A DNA stretch of 64,000 nucleotides from an uncultured Clostridia bacterium (GCA_944412445.1 CALYBJ010000007.1:3825-67824), one strand, 5' to 3'; positions 19,241-28,996 are shown, counted from the stretch's first letter. Program-made: numbers and translations. Notes: generated from the letters alone by a model not told the origin.

Positions 19241-20104
19241 ATGGAAAAATATCCGTTAATCAGCTTTAAAAATGTTTCATATAGATATGAATCCGACGGG
19301 GAAACACCGCTGCCTCTTGCTTTGAAAAGCGTTAACATAGATATTAACAAAGGTGAGTTCGTAGCGGTTTTAGGCCATAACGGCTCCGGAAAGTCAACCC
19401 TTGCCAAGCTGTCAAACGCTATTATCGTGCCGGAATCGGGAAAGGTTTTCGTAAAGGGAATGGATACCTCCTGCGAGGATTCGGAATACGATATAAGACA
19501 GACGGTAGGAGTTGTTTTTCAGAATCCAGACAATCAGATTGTTGCCACCATAGTAGAGGAGGATGTGGCGTTCGGACCTGAAAACCTGGGAATCGAGCCT
19601 GCTGAAATCAGGAAAAGAGTTGACAGCGCCTTAAAAGCCGTGGGGATGTACGAGTACAGACACCATGAGCCGCATAAGCTTTCCGGGGGACAGAAGCAGA
19701 GAGTGGCAATAGCCGGGATAATGGCAATGGAAACGGAATGTATCGTGCTTGACGAGCCTACGGCGATGCTTGACCCTAAGGGCAGGGAAGAGGTTATGGC
19801 AGCCATGGAGAAGCTTAATAAGGAAATGGGCATAACCGTGGTGCTGATAACTCATTACATGGACGAGGCGGTAAAGGCTGACAGGGTAATCGTAATGGAT
19901 TCAGGCTCAGTTGTGCTTGACGGAACGCCCCGGGAGGTTTTTTCACAGGAAAAGATAATCGAGGAAGCGGGACTGGAGCTTCCTGACTGCTCAAAGCTTG
20001 CCCTTGCCATGAGAAAAAACGGCATAGATTTTCCTTTAGGAATACTTACCCCCGAGGAATTTATCGAAGCATTTAAAATGTGCGTTTCGGGAGGCAGGCA
20101 ATGA
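19241..20104 (+). CDS. ecfA1: ECF transporter energy-coupling ATPase EcfA1
   Basis: It has Walker A GHNGSGKST, LSGGQKQRVAIAG and Walker B VLDEPTAMLD. It is the first of two tandem ATPases followed by ecfT. Confidence 0.9.
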   Translation: MEKYPLISFKNVSYRYESDGETPLPLALKSVNIDINKGEFVAVLGHNGSGKSTLAKLSNAIIVPESGKVFVKGMDTSCEDSEYDIRQTVGVVFQNPDNQIVATIVEEDVAFGPENLGIEPAEIRKRVDSALKAVGMYEYRHHEPHKLSGGQKQRVAIAGIMAMETECIVLDEPTAMLDPKGREEVMAAMEKLNKEMGITVVLITHYMDEAVKADRVIVMDSGSVVLDGTPREVFSQEKIIEEAGLELPDCSKLALAMRKNGIDFPLGILTPEEFIEAFKMCVSGGRQ

Positions 20105-20967
20105 CGATACTTGAAGCTAAGAACATAACATATAAGTACGGAGTAGGAACTCCTTTTCAGATAACTGCCCTTGACGATATAAGCTTTACCGTTGAAAAAG
20201 GCGATATGCTTGCGATAATCGGGCATACCGGCTCGGGAAAATCCACTCTTATACAGCATTTCAACGCGCTGTTAAAGCCTGCATCGGGACAGATACTTTT
20301 GTACGGAAAGGATATAAACGAAAGCAGGGATTCGGCAAGATACGCAAGATTTAAAATAGGCCTTTGCTTCCAGTATCCCGAGTATCAGCTTTTTGAGTCT
20401 ACGGTATATAAGGATATATCCTTCGGTCCTATGAATATGGGGCTTGATAAAAACGAAATTGATAAAAGAGTAAGAACAGCGGCTGAGTTTGTAGGGCTTA
20501 CCGACGCAATGCTTCAGAAATCTCCCTTTGACTTGTCGGGAGGCGAAAAAAGAAGAGCGGCAATAGCGGGAGTTATGGCAATGGAGCCGGAAATTCTTAT
20601 AATGGACGAGCCTGCGGCGGGACTTGACCCGAGGGGCAGAAGAAAAATTCTCGAACTGATTAAGGCATACAGGGAAAAAACGGGCAGAACCGTAATAATC
20701 GTATCTCACAGCATGGAGGATGTAGCTTCCGTTGCGGAAAAGATACTTGTTCTCAATCACGGAAAAGCGGCAATGTACGGAACGGTGGACGAGGTTTTCT
20801 CAAGGGCGGAGGAGCTTAGAGAAATGGGGCTTAATATTCCCCAGATAACAAAAATATTTTCCGAGCTTAACAAATACGGCTTTAATTTAAGCAAGTCCAC
20901 ATACACAGTAAAGCAGGCGGAAAAAGAGCTTCTGGAGTATTTTCATAAGGGGGCGCCGGGGGTATGA
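20101..20967 (+). CDS. ecfA2: ECF transporter energy-coupling ATPase EcfA2
   Basis: It has GHTGSGKST, LSGGEKRRAAIAG and IMDEPAAGLD. ATG 20101 overlaps the ecfA1 stop (ATGA). Confidence 0.9.
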   Translation: MTILEAKNITYKYGVGTPFQITALDDISFTVEKGDMLAIIGHTGSGKSTLIQHFNALLKPASGQILLYGKDINESRDSARYARFKIGLCFQYPEYQLFESTVYKDISFGPMNMGLDKNEIDKRVRTAAEFVGLTDAMLQKSPFDLSGGEKRRAAIAGVMAMEPEILIMDEPAAGLDPRGRRKILELIKAYREKTGRTVIIVSHSMEDVASVAEKILVLNHGKAAMYGTVDEVFSRAEELREMGLNIPQITKIFSELNKYGFNLSKSTYTVKQAEKELLEYFHKGAPGV

Positions 20968-21779
20968 TAAAGGATATAACAATAGGACAGTATTTTCCGG
21001 GGAACTCCTTTATACATAAGCTTGACCCGAGAGCGAAGCTTATAATAACCTTTGCTGCGCTGGTGGAAATATTTATATGCAAAAACTTTTTTTCACTGGG
21101 CGTTGTTTTGGTGTTTTCCGTAGCGTCAATATTAATTTCAAGAATTTCCTTTAAAATCGTAATGAAGGGTTTAAAGGTTATATATTTTATAATCGTATTA
21201 ACATCGCTTCTTCAGATTTTTTACAATGACGACGGCACGCTGCTGTTTGAGTGGTGGAAGCTCAAAGTTACCACGGGAGGCGTTTTTACGGCAGTCTTTA
21301 TGGCGGTGAGAATATTCTGTCTTATACTTGTAAGCTCACTTCTGACTTATACCACCTCGCCTACAACTCTTACAGACGGACTTGAAAGACTGCTTTCCCC
21401 GTTAAAGGCGTTAAAAATACCGGTAGACGTTCTTGCCATGATGATGACCATTGCCCTGAGATTCATTCCTACTCTTATTGAGGAAATCGACAAGATAATG
21501 AACGCTCAGAAAGCAAGGGGAGCGGATCTTGAAAGCGGAAATTTAACAAAAAGGGCAAAAGCCCTTATACCCATATTCATACCGCTGTTTGTAAATTCAT
21601 TCAGAAGAGCGTATGAGCTTGCTTTCGCCATGGAGTGCAGATGTTACAGCGGAAGCGGAAAAAGAACCCGTATGAAGGTTATGAAAATGACATGGAGAGA
21701 TATAGTATCCTTTGTTTTTATGGCCGTAATGCTTACTGGAATAATTCTTTTAAATCATTTTTTCGGAGCTGTAATTTAA
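20964..21779 (+). CDS. ecfT: ECF transporter transmembrane component EcfT
   Basis: It is a polytopic protein with the CbiQ/EcfT signature region (ALRFIPTLIEE...AQKARGA). It overlaps ecfA2 by ATGA. Confidence 0.88.
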   Translation: MIKDITIGQYFPGNSFIHKLDPRAKLIITFAALVEIFICKNFFSLGVVLVFSVASILISRISFKIVMKGLKVIYFIIVLTSLLQIFYNDDGTLLFEWWKLKVTTGGVFTAVFMAVRIFCLILVSSLLTYTTSPTTLTDGLERLLSPLKALKIPVDVLAMMMTIALRFIPTLIEEIDKIMNAQKARGADLESGNLTKRAKALIPIFIPLFVNSFRRAYELAFAMECRCYSGSGKRTRMKVMKMTWRDIVSFVFMAVMLTGIILLNHFFGAVI

Positions 21780-22528
21780 TGAGAAATCTCAGGTTAAAGC
21801 TTATGTACGACGGAGCCGCATATCACGGCTGGCAGGTTCAGGACAATGCCGTCACCGTTCAGGGAAAGGTTGAAAAGGCAGTAGCTGAAATTTTCGGAGG
21901 ACATCACACGGTATACGGATGCAGCAGAACAGATGCCGGAGTGCACGCAAACGAGTATTACTGCAATTTTCATACAGGTAAGGAAATAAGCTGTGATACT
22001 GTTGTAAGAGCCTTAAATGCGAAGCTTCCCTTTGATATAGCGGTGCTGGAATGTAAGGAAAAGGAAAACGGCTTTCATTCAAGGTTTGACTGCGTTTCAA
22101 AGGAATACATATATAAAATCTGGAACAGGGAAATAAGAAACCCGTTTTTAATAAACAGGGCGTATCAGTATAAATATAAGCTTGATGAAAAAATGCTGAA
22201 CGAAGCGGCGTCGGCGTTTGTTGGAACTTTTGATTACAGGGGCTTCTGCTCATCGGGAAGCAGCGTTGCAGACACTGTCAGAACGGTAAAAAAAGCGTCT
22301 GTGGAAAGACAGGGGGACTTGGTGATATTCCGGGTGGAAGCGGACGGCTTTTTGTATAACATGGTTCGGATAATGACGGGCACTCTTATAAATATCAGCC
22401 AGGGAAAAATAAAAAAAGAAAGCTTAAGGGATATAATTCTCAGCGGTTCAAGAGAAGCGGCAGGAGTAACGGCACCGCCTCAGGGGCTGTATCTTAATAA
22501 AGTCAGATATAAGGAGGGGCAGGAATGA
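21779..22528 (+). CDS. truA: tRNA pseudouridine(38-40) synthase TruA
   Basis: It has LKLMYDGAAYHGWQVQ and the catalytic GCSRTDAGVHA. ATG 21779 overlaps the ecfT stop (TAATG). The ORF-track start at 21635 lies inside ecfT. Confidence 0.92.
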   Translation: MRNLRLKLMYDGAAYHGWQVQDNAVTVQGKVEKAVAEIFGGHHTVYGCSRTDAGVHANEYYCNFHTGKEISCDTVVRALNAKLPFDIAVLECKEKENGFHSRFDCVSKEYIYKIWNREIRNPFLINRAYQYKYKLDEKMLNEAASAFVGTFDYRGFCSSGSSVADTVRTVKKASVERQGDLVIFRVEADGFLYNMVRIMTGTLINISQGKIKKESLRDIILSGSREAAGVTAPPQGLYLNKVRYKEGQE

Positions 22529-23904
22529 AAAAGGACGAAAACAGCGAAAAAAAAGAGAGCATATATGAAATCGTAAATCACGGAGATGACGAAGATTTTG
22601 AAGAAGCCGCAGACGACAGCGGAATAACCGAGCTTCCGGACGACAGCGGAGAAAGAAGAAAAACCGGAATAAAACGGAAAATAAGCAGAGCCGTGAAAAA
22701 AAGCGCAGTAAAGCATGACGGCGGCTATCATGTAAAAAAATCATTTTCGGCGTCATCGCTTATAATTATAGCGGCAGTGCTGTTTGTAATAATTTTTGCG
22801 GCGGCAAATGTAAATTCGGGAGGCGTTCTTGCCACCTTTAACGGACAGGTATCTTCGTTTTTTTCAAAGAAGTCTGCGGAGAATTTTACATATTCCTTCA
22901 GTGCGGAAAGCGTATACGGTTTTGCTTCGTACGATGACGGATTTGCGCTTCTTACCGAGGACGGAATAATGTATGTTGATTCATCGGGAGAGATAACGGC
23001 GAAGCAGTCCCTTAATTACGGGGATATCGCAATGGATATTAACGGCAGAAAAACCATGCTGTTTGACAGAGGCGGCACATCGTATTCGCTGCTCTATAAT
23101 CAGAGTATGTATTTTCATAACAACACCGATGACAGCATAACAGACGGAGCTGTCAGCGGTAAGGATAACTATGCTGTTGTTGTACGGGAGGACAAAACGA
23201 AAACGAGCCTGTATGTGTATAATAAAAACAGCGGGAATATATATTTATGGAGATGCACCGACGGATACATATCGGATGTTTCTCTGTCGCCGTCAGGAAA
23301 TAAAGGGGCGGTAACAGTGCTGAATTCAAAAAATGCTGTAATGTCGTCAACGGTATATATTCTTGATTTTTCCTATGATACGGAATACGCGAGCTTTTCC
23401 TATCAGGGACAGGCGGTTCTGGGCACCAAGTTTTTATCGGAAAAGAAGGTGCTTTCCGTAACAGATGAAAAGGTGTATTTGATAGACAACCAGGAGCAGT
23501 CTGAGGTTTTTTCATACGGAGACAACGACATATATTACTGCTCGATGGACAGCAGCTCGGATTTAACGGGAATAATAACAACCGATTACAGTCATGATGA
23601 TTTATATACATTGACGGTAATAAACTCAAGCGGTAAAACTGCGTATACACAGGGGCTGTCGGGCAAGGTAAGAGGTATAGATACTTCCGACAAGTGCGCT
23701 GTTGTACTTTATGCCGATAAAATAGAAACATATTCAAAGGGCGGAAATCTTGTAGGAACCGTAACGGGAATAAAATATTATAACGATATTATAGTAAGCT
23801 CAAATTACATTTATGTGCTGTCCTCCGATTCCGTAAAAAAATATCCGGCATACGGAGAAATAAAAGCCGAAGACAGCGTGATTGAAGATCAGACCGGTTA
23901 TTGA
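22525..23904 (+). CDS. Hypothetical membrane-anchored protein (acidic N-terminus, one TM, repetitive beta-rich ectodomain; possibly DUF5711-like)
   Basis: The ATG overlaps the truA stop (ATGA). The TM segment is LIIIAAVLFVIIFAAA. Recurring Y/D/G/S-rich strands suggest a propeller-like fold. I recognise no catalytic motif. Confidence 0.5.
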   Translation: MKKDENSEKKESIYEIVNHGDDEDFEEAADDSGITELPDDSGERRKTGIKRKISRAVKKSAVKHDGGYHVKKSFSASSLIIIAAVLFVIIFAAANVNSGGVLATFNGQVSSFFSKKSAENFTYSFSAESVYGFASYDDGFALLTEDGIMYVDSSGEITAKQSLNYGDIAMDINGRKTMLFDRGGTSYSLLYNQSMYFHNNTDDSITDGAVSGKDNYAVVVREDKTKTSLYVYNKNSGNIYLWRCTDGYISDVSLSPSGNKGAVTVLNSKNAVMSSTVYILDFSYDTEYASFSYQGQAVLGTKFLSEKKVLSVTDEKVYLIDNQEQSEVFSYGDNDIYYCSMDSSSDLTGIITTDYSHDDLYTLTVINSSGKTAYTQGLSGKVRGIDTSDKCAVVLYADKIETYSKGGNLVGTVTGIKYYNDIIVSSNYIYVLSSDSVKKYPAYGEIKAEDSVIEDQTGY

Positions 23905-23913
23905 GGTGAAGAA

Positions 23914-24594
23914 ATGCCTAATATAATAGATATAATACTTATAGTGCTTGGGGTGCTGATAGTTTTAATATCGGCTAAAAAAGGAATAATACTGACTGTT
24001 TTTGATTTGGCGTCGGGAATAATTTCATTTCTTATGGCAAAGCTTCTGTCCCCTTATGCCGCAGATTATATTTACGCAAATTATGTTAAAAACACGGTTA
24101 CGGCGTTTTTAAGCGAAAAATATCAAACGGCTTCCGACGGTATTGCAAACGCGGTAAACGGAGCGGCTGAATTTTTCAATTTTCTTCCCAAGGGTGTTTT
24201 GGAATACGCTAAGGAAGCAGGCTTTTTGAACGGTGATGCTCTGTCCTCGGAAATAATGTCTGATATTACTACTGTTCAGGAGCTTGAATCAAATATAGCA
24301 GCACCGGTAATAACCGCACTGCTTCAGGTAATATCCTTTGCCGTAATCGTTTTTGTCCTTGCGGTTGCTTTAAAAATAGCGGCTTTGTTCATTTCAAAGT
24401 GCATTAAGAAAACAACGGTGGCAAACAGCCTTAATATTGCGCTGGGAGCGGTTTTCGGCGTACTCAAGGGAGCTGTTTACATATTTATAATTGCTGCTGT
24501 AATAAATGTAATAGCATTATCTTCCGAAAGCATGGCTTCTTATGCGGCGGATTCCAATATATGTTCCTTTGCGGGAAAAATAATCGGGTTATAA
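23914..24594 (+). CDS. CvpA-family membrane protein
   Basis: The N-terminus IIDIILIVLGVLIVLISAKKGIILTVFDLASGIISFLMA and the four hydrophobic segments are typical of the CvpA/Colicin V production family. A GAGGTGA RBS lies upstream. Confidence 0.65.
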   Translation: MPNIIDIILIVLGVLIVLISAKKGIILTVFDLASGIISFLMAKLLSPYAADYIYANYVKNTVTAFLSEKYQTASDGIANAVNGAAEFFNFLPKGVLEYAKEAGFLNGDALSSEIMSDITTVQELESNIAAPVITALLQVISFAVIVFVLAVALKIAALFISKCIKKTTVANSLNIALGAVFGVLKGAVYIFIIAAVINVIALSSESMASYAADSNICSFAGKIIGL

Positions 24595-24631
24595 CCTTTT
24601 TATAAATAAAATCAATACGGAGTGAAAAACT

Positions 24632-25282
24632 ATGAAAGAAAAGCTGGCGTTTTTATTTGAAAACTGGAAAACAATACCGAACCTTATGTCCTTTATAAGA
24701 ATACTGCTTATACCTGTTTTCGGTGTGCTTTTTTATAAGGGATACAGCGTAGCCGCAGTGGCTGTTTTGGCAGTGTCGGGACTTTCGGATCTGTTTGACG
24801 GAAAAATCGCAAGGAAGTTCAATCAGGTAAGCAATCTTGGTAAAATACTTGACCCGATTGCGGACAAGCTTACAATATTTACAATAGCGATAATTCTGTT
24901 TTTGAAGTTTAACCAGGCTGAAAACAAAACGCTTAACGCCTTTTCATGGGTATTTCTTCTGTTCCTTCTTAAGGACCTTATAATGCTTGTCGGCGGCGCG
25001 TTTATGCTGGCAAAGGGAATGAGGCCGGGAGCTGCTGAAATATTCGGCAAAGCGGCAACGGTAGCATTTTATCTTGTAATGGTGCTTATAATGGCAATAG
25101 GCCCTGAGGTAGGAGCCTTCCGTCAGTATTATCAGCTTAACGACACGGTTATGATGGTTCTGGTAGTAATAGCGGTAATAATGACATTCCTTGCATTTGC
25201 AAGCTATATGCCCGATACATACAGACAGTTTGCGAAGAGATTCGGCTGGGGAAAGTATAAAAACGGACAGGAAGAAAAATAA
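24632..25282 (+). CDS. CDP-alcohol phosphatidyltransferase (PgsA-like)
   Basis: The CDP-alcohol transferase motif D-G-(x2)-A-R-(x8)-G-(x3)-D-(x3)-D is present as DLFDGKIARKFNQVSNLGKILDPIADK. It is a multi-TM protein. Confidence 0.82.
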   Translation: MKEKLAFLFENWKTIPNLMSFIRILLIPVFGVLFYKGYSVAAVAVLAVSGLSDLFDGKIARKFNQVSNLGKILDPIADKLTIFTIAIILFLKFNQAENKTLNAFSWVFLLFLLKDLIMLVGGAFMLAKGMRPGAAEIFGKAATVAFYLVMVLIMAIGPEVGAFRQYYQLNDTVMMVLVVIAVIMTFLAFASYMPDTYRQFAKRFGWGKYKNGQEEK

Positions 25283-25324
25283 ATATAATATAAAAGTTTA
25301 TATAAAAAAATAAAAGGAAAATGT

Positions 25325-27070
25325 ATGCTTGAATTCAGGAAACCGCTTTTAAATGACAGAAAGTGGATAAAAAAGTGCATAGATGAAGGAGATACCGACG
25401 GCTGCTGCTACAGTCCGGGCAACATACTGACATGGTGTGAGGCCTACCGGGTTGAGGTTGCTTCTTATAAGGATTTTATGCTTGTAAGAGGAGTAGACGA
25501 CGGCGGCAGATATTATGTTTATCCGTCAGGCAGGGGAGATATAAAAGAAGCGGTTGCCGCAATGATGGAGCATTGCCGCAGTGAGGGCGAAATATTCAGA
25601 ATGGAGCAGCTTCTCCCTGAGAATAAAAAATGCCTTGAAGAAATATTTCCCGGAATGTTTGACTATACTTACGACAGAGACAGCTCCGAGTATGTTTACA
25701 CCGTAAAAAACATGGCGGAGCTGCCCGGAAAAAGATTTCACGGCAAAAAAGGTCATGTGAACGCATTTTTCAGAAATCATACGGATATTTCCTGTGATCC
25801 CATAACAGAGGATAATATAGGGGAATGTTTGAAAATAGAGGAAGCGTGGATTTCCGAAAGAGAAGACGGAACAGGGGAGCTTCAAAAAGAAAAGCGGGCT
25901 ATTGAGCTTTCTGTTAAATACTTTAAGGAGCTTGAATATTCGGGAGCGATTTTATATGCCGACGGAAAAGCGGTTGCCTTTACCATGGGAGAGGCTATTA
26001 AAAACAACACCTTCTGCACTCACTATGAAAAAACTCTGCCTGAATACAAAGACGCCTATCCCGTAATAAATAACGGATTTACAAAGCTTATGCTTTCAAC
26101 CTACGAATATGTAAACAGGGAAGAGGATACCGGGGCTTCCGGGCTGAGAAAAGCAAAGCTTTCGTATCATCCTGAGTTTCTTCTGGACAAATATACGGCA
26201 GTTTTGAAAAAAGACCCGTGCAGGAAATATCAGGCAGAGGAGAAAGATAAAGAGGAGCTTGTATCTCTTTGGGCAAAGGTATTTGATGACGAAAGAGAAA
26301 CGGCAGAATACTTTTTTGACAGAGCGGCGGACGCCGACAGCATATACGCTTTCAGGGAAGACGGGAAAATCGTATCGGCGTTTTATATAATAGACTCCGA
26401 AATACGGATAAATAACAAAAACCGTAAAAGTGCGTATTTGTATGCGGCGGCGACTTTGGACGAATACAGAGGCAGAGGCATAATGACCGGAATGATTAAG
26501 TATGCCGCTGAAATTTTAAAAATAAAAGGCTATTCGTATTTGTTCTTATATCCTGCGAATGATTCTCTTTATAAGTTTTACGAAAAAATCGGCTTTTCTG
26601 AGGGCTTTTATGAAAGGCAATATAAAATAAAAAGCAAGGATGCCGAAAAATACAAAGGAGCCAGATATTTTAACACAACTCTTGACTACAATAAGCTCAG
26701 GGAAAACATTCCCTCTGAGGCTTATGCAATGTTCGGAGACGGATATATTGATTTTGCAGGATACTGTGCGGAAAAATACGGCTTTGAGAGAGATGTTGTT
26801 TTTGATGATGAAGACAAGGTAATCCTAATAGGAAGCACAGACGATAGCGGAAATCTGTTTATTCAGGAGGCAATATCTTCCGGCGGCGATTATAACCATA
26901 TTTTAAGCGTTGCTGCCGATATAAGCTGCGGAAAGGACATAATTTTAAAAACAGCTTACGGCATAGATATGCTGCCCTTTGAAAGCGAAATAAAAAAAGC
27001 GGGAATGATAATGCCACTGGGAGATGAGCTTCCGGAGACGGTAATATATATGGGACAGCCCTGTATGTAA
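25325..27070 (+). CDS. Fusion protein: DUF2156 (MprF C-terminal/LPG-synthase-C-like) domain plus a C-terminal GNAT acetyltransferase domain
   Basis: The N-terminal ~300 aa show the DUF2156 pattern (GKRFHGKKGHVNAF, GLRKAKLSYHP). The C-terminal part has the GNAT acetyl-CoA motif LDEYRGRGIMTGMIKYA ... FYEKIGF. No TM segments are present. Confidence 0.65.
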   Translation: MLEFRKPLLNDRKWIKKCIDEGDTDGCCYSPGNILTWCEAYRVEVASYKDFMLVRGVDDGGRYYVYPSGRGDIKEAVAAMMEHCRSEGEIFRMEQLLPENKKCLEEIFPGMFDYTYDRDSSEYVYTVKNMAELPGKRFHGKKGHVNAFFRNHTDISCDPITEDNIGECLKIEEAWISEREDGTGELQKEKRAIELSVKYFKELEYSGAILYADGKAVAFTMGEAIKNNTFCTHYEKTLPEYKDAYPVINNGFTKLMLSTYEYVNREEDTGASGLRKAKLSYHPEFLLDKYTAVLKKDPCRKYQAEEKDKEELVSLWAKVFDDERETAEYFFDRAADADSIYAFREDGKIVSAFYIIDSEIRINNKNRKSAYLYAAATLDEYRGRGIMTGMIKYAAEILKIKGYSYLFLYPANDSLYKFYEKIGFSEGFYERQYKIKSKDAEKYKGARYFNTTLDYNKLRENIPSEAYAMFGDGYIDFAGYCAEKYGFERDVVFDDEDKVILIGSTDDSGNLFIQEAISSGGDYNHILSVAADISCGKDIILKTAYGIDMLPFESEIKKAGMIMPLGDELPETVIYMGQPCM

Positions 27071-27090
27071 AAAAGAAAGGTGAAGTACAA

Positions 27091-27636
27091 ATGGTATATG
27101 TATTTTTGGCAGAGGGATTTGAAGAAATCGAAGCGCTGACGCCTGTTGATTATTTAAGACGAGCCGGAATAGAGGTTAAAACGGCAGGAATAACGGGAAA
27201 AACAGTAACCGGCTCCCATAATGTTCCCGTGGTATGCGATATAGAGGGCGGAGATGTAAAATTAAATGAAGATTTAGAGGGGATAATTCTTCCGGGAGGA
27301 ATGCCGGGAACCCTTAATCTTGAAAAATCCGAAACGGTCCAGGAAGCAGTTAAATACTGTATGGATAATAACAGGCTTGTGTCGGCTATATGCGCGGCGC
27401 CGTCAATACTGGGTCATTTAAACATACTTAACGGAAAAAAAGCAATATGCTTTCCCGGTTTTGAAAAGGATTTGTACGGCGCGGAAATCGCAGACGCTTA
27501 TGCGGTAACCGACGGAAACATAATAACGGCAAAGGGAGCAGGCTCGGCAAGTGAATTTGCGTTTGAAATTATAAAATATTTGGCTGATAAAGAAACCGCA
27601 AAGAAAATAAAAGCATCTGTTCAGTGCTGTTATTAA
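27091..27636 (+). CDS. DJ-1/PfpI(ThiJ)-family protein
   Basis: It has the nucleophile elbow AICAAPSILG and ILPGGMPG. At 181 aa the size fits the family. Confidence 0.85.
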   Translation: MVYVFLAEGFEEIEALTPVDYLRRAGIEVKTAGITGKTVTGSHNVPVVCDIEGGDVKLNEDLEGIILPGGMPGTLNLEKSETVQEAVKYCMDNNRLVSAICAAPSILGHLNILNGKKAICFPGFEKDLYGAEIADAYAVTDGNIITAKGAGSASEFAFEIIKYLADKETAKKIKASVQCCY

Positions 27637-27667
27637 AATAATTAATAAAAGGGAAAGGGGCGGTTAT

Positions 27668-28996
27668 ATGGATGACAACAGAAACAGCTACAGAAATACC
27701 GGAAATGAAAAGGTAAATGTATCTTCCTCCCACAGTGAGTACAGAAGGCAGACACCCGGAGTGAATTACGGTGCAAACGGAAACAGAACCGGCGGTCAGC
27801 AGAGAAATGTCAATGACTATTACAACAGAAGCATAAGCAAAAAGGACGCCGATGCGATAGCGGCTGAAAGAAAGAAAGCCATGCGTGCCGAGGTGTTGAA
27901 GCAGGAGCGCAAAAAACAGGCTAAAAAGGAAATGGTACTTAATAATGTAAAGCAGGTAAGCATTATTCTGGCAGTAGTTGTGGCAGTATCGCTTTGCATA
28001 GCGCTGGTGGGCATATCCTGCATAAAAGATGTGCTTGCTATTAACATATCGGAAAAGCAGACGCAGAATGTGTCGGTAGAAATAGAAGACGGAATGGACA
28101 CCGGAGATGTAATAAGCGCTCTCGATCACGCAGGAGTAATAAAAAACGGCTGGTTCTGTAAAATCGCCGCAAAAATAATGGGCTATGAGGATACGGGATA
28201 TATTGCCGGAACGTATGATTTGAACCGTTCAATGGGGCTTGAAAATATGCTGGAGCAGATAAAAAACAGCAATGCAAATGCGGCGAAAACAGTAACGCTG
28301 ACCTTCCCCGAGGGATATACTGCCGACCAGATAATAGAAATGCTTGAAACGAACAACGTCTGCACAAGGGAAAAGATATTGGAAGCCTTGGCATCGGAAA
28401 GTCTTGCAAACGATTATGATTTTCTTAAGACAATATCGAATCCCGAGCAAAGATATATTAAGCTTGAGGGTTATTTGTTCCCCGATACCTATGAATTTTA
28501 CATCGGCGAAACGGCAGACAGTGTAGTTAAGAAATTCCTGAATAACTTTAAGAACAAGTGGACGGATAATTACGCACAGCTTGCCCAGCAGAGAAGGCTT
28601 TCTGTTGATCAGGTAATAAGACTTGCGTCAATAGTTGAAAAAGAGGCGGCTGAAGCGGATATGCCGGTGGTAGCGTCAATTCTTCATAACAGAATGGCTG
28701 CGAATATGAAGATAGAATGTGACTCCACAAAGACTTATATAAGCAGCAATAAGAGCGGACTTACCCAGGAGCAGATAGACGCGTACAACGCACTGTATGA
28801 CACATATATATGCTCGTCCCTTCCGGTGGGAGCAATCTGCAATCCCGGTATTGACGCGATAGAAGCTGTTCTTAACGCTCCCGATACTGATTATTACTAC
28901 TTTATTCACGACGCAAACAATGAAATACGCCTTGCGAAAACCCTTTCCGAGCAGGAAAATAATATTGCGGTTTACGGACTTGCGGGACAGCAGTAA
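27668..28996 (+). CDS. mltG: Endolytic peptidoglycan transglycosylase MltG (YceG-like) with a long N-terminal cytoplasmic low-complexity region
   Basis: It has a single TM (IILAVVVAVSLCIALVGISCI) and the YceG blocks FPEGYT, LEGYLFPDTYEF and LASIVEKEA. Confidence 0.88.
   Translation: MDDNRNSYRNTGNEKVNVSSSHSEYRRQTPGVNYGANGNRTGGQQRNVNDYYNRSISKKDADAIAAERKKAMRAEVLKQERKKQAKKEMVLNNVKQVSIILAVVVAVSLCIALVGISCIKDVLAINISEKQTQNVSVEIEDGMDTGDVISALDHAGVIKNGWFCKIAAKIMGYEDTGYIAGTYDLNRSMGLENMLEQIKNSNANAAKTVTLTFPEGYTADQIIEMLETNNVCTREKILEALASESLANDYDFLKTISNPEQRYIKLEGYLFPDTYEFYIGETADSVVKKFLNNFKNKWTDNYAQLAQQRRLSVDQVIRLASIVEKEAAEADMPVVASILHNRMAANMKIECDSTKTYISSNKSGLTQEQIDAYNALYDTYICSSLPVGAICNPGIDAIEAVLNAPDTDYYYFIHDANNEIRLAKTLSEQENNIAVYGLAGQQ

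Noticed and set aside
21635-21778. Upstream extensions of ORF-track entries. Examples: truA from 21635, aroA from 36197, tyrA from 38105, glmM from 16947, ecfA2 from 20080, spoIIAA from 38914 and the PI-PLC-like gene from 61271.
   Set aside because: The extensions overlap the preceding gene, promoter or terminator and lack an RBS. Internal ATG/TTG codons with good Shine-Dalgarno spacing give N-termini that match the families.
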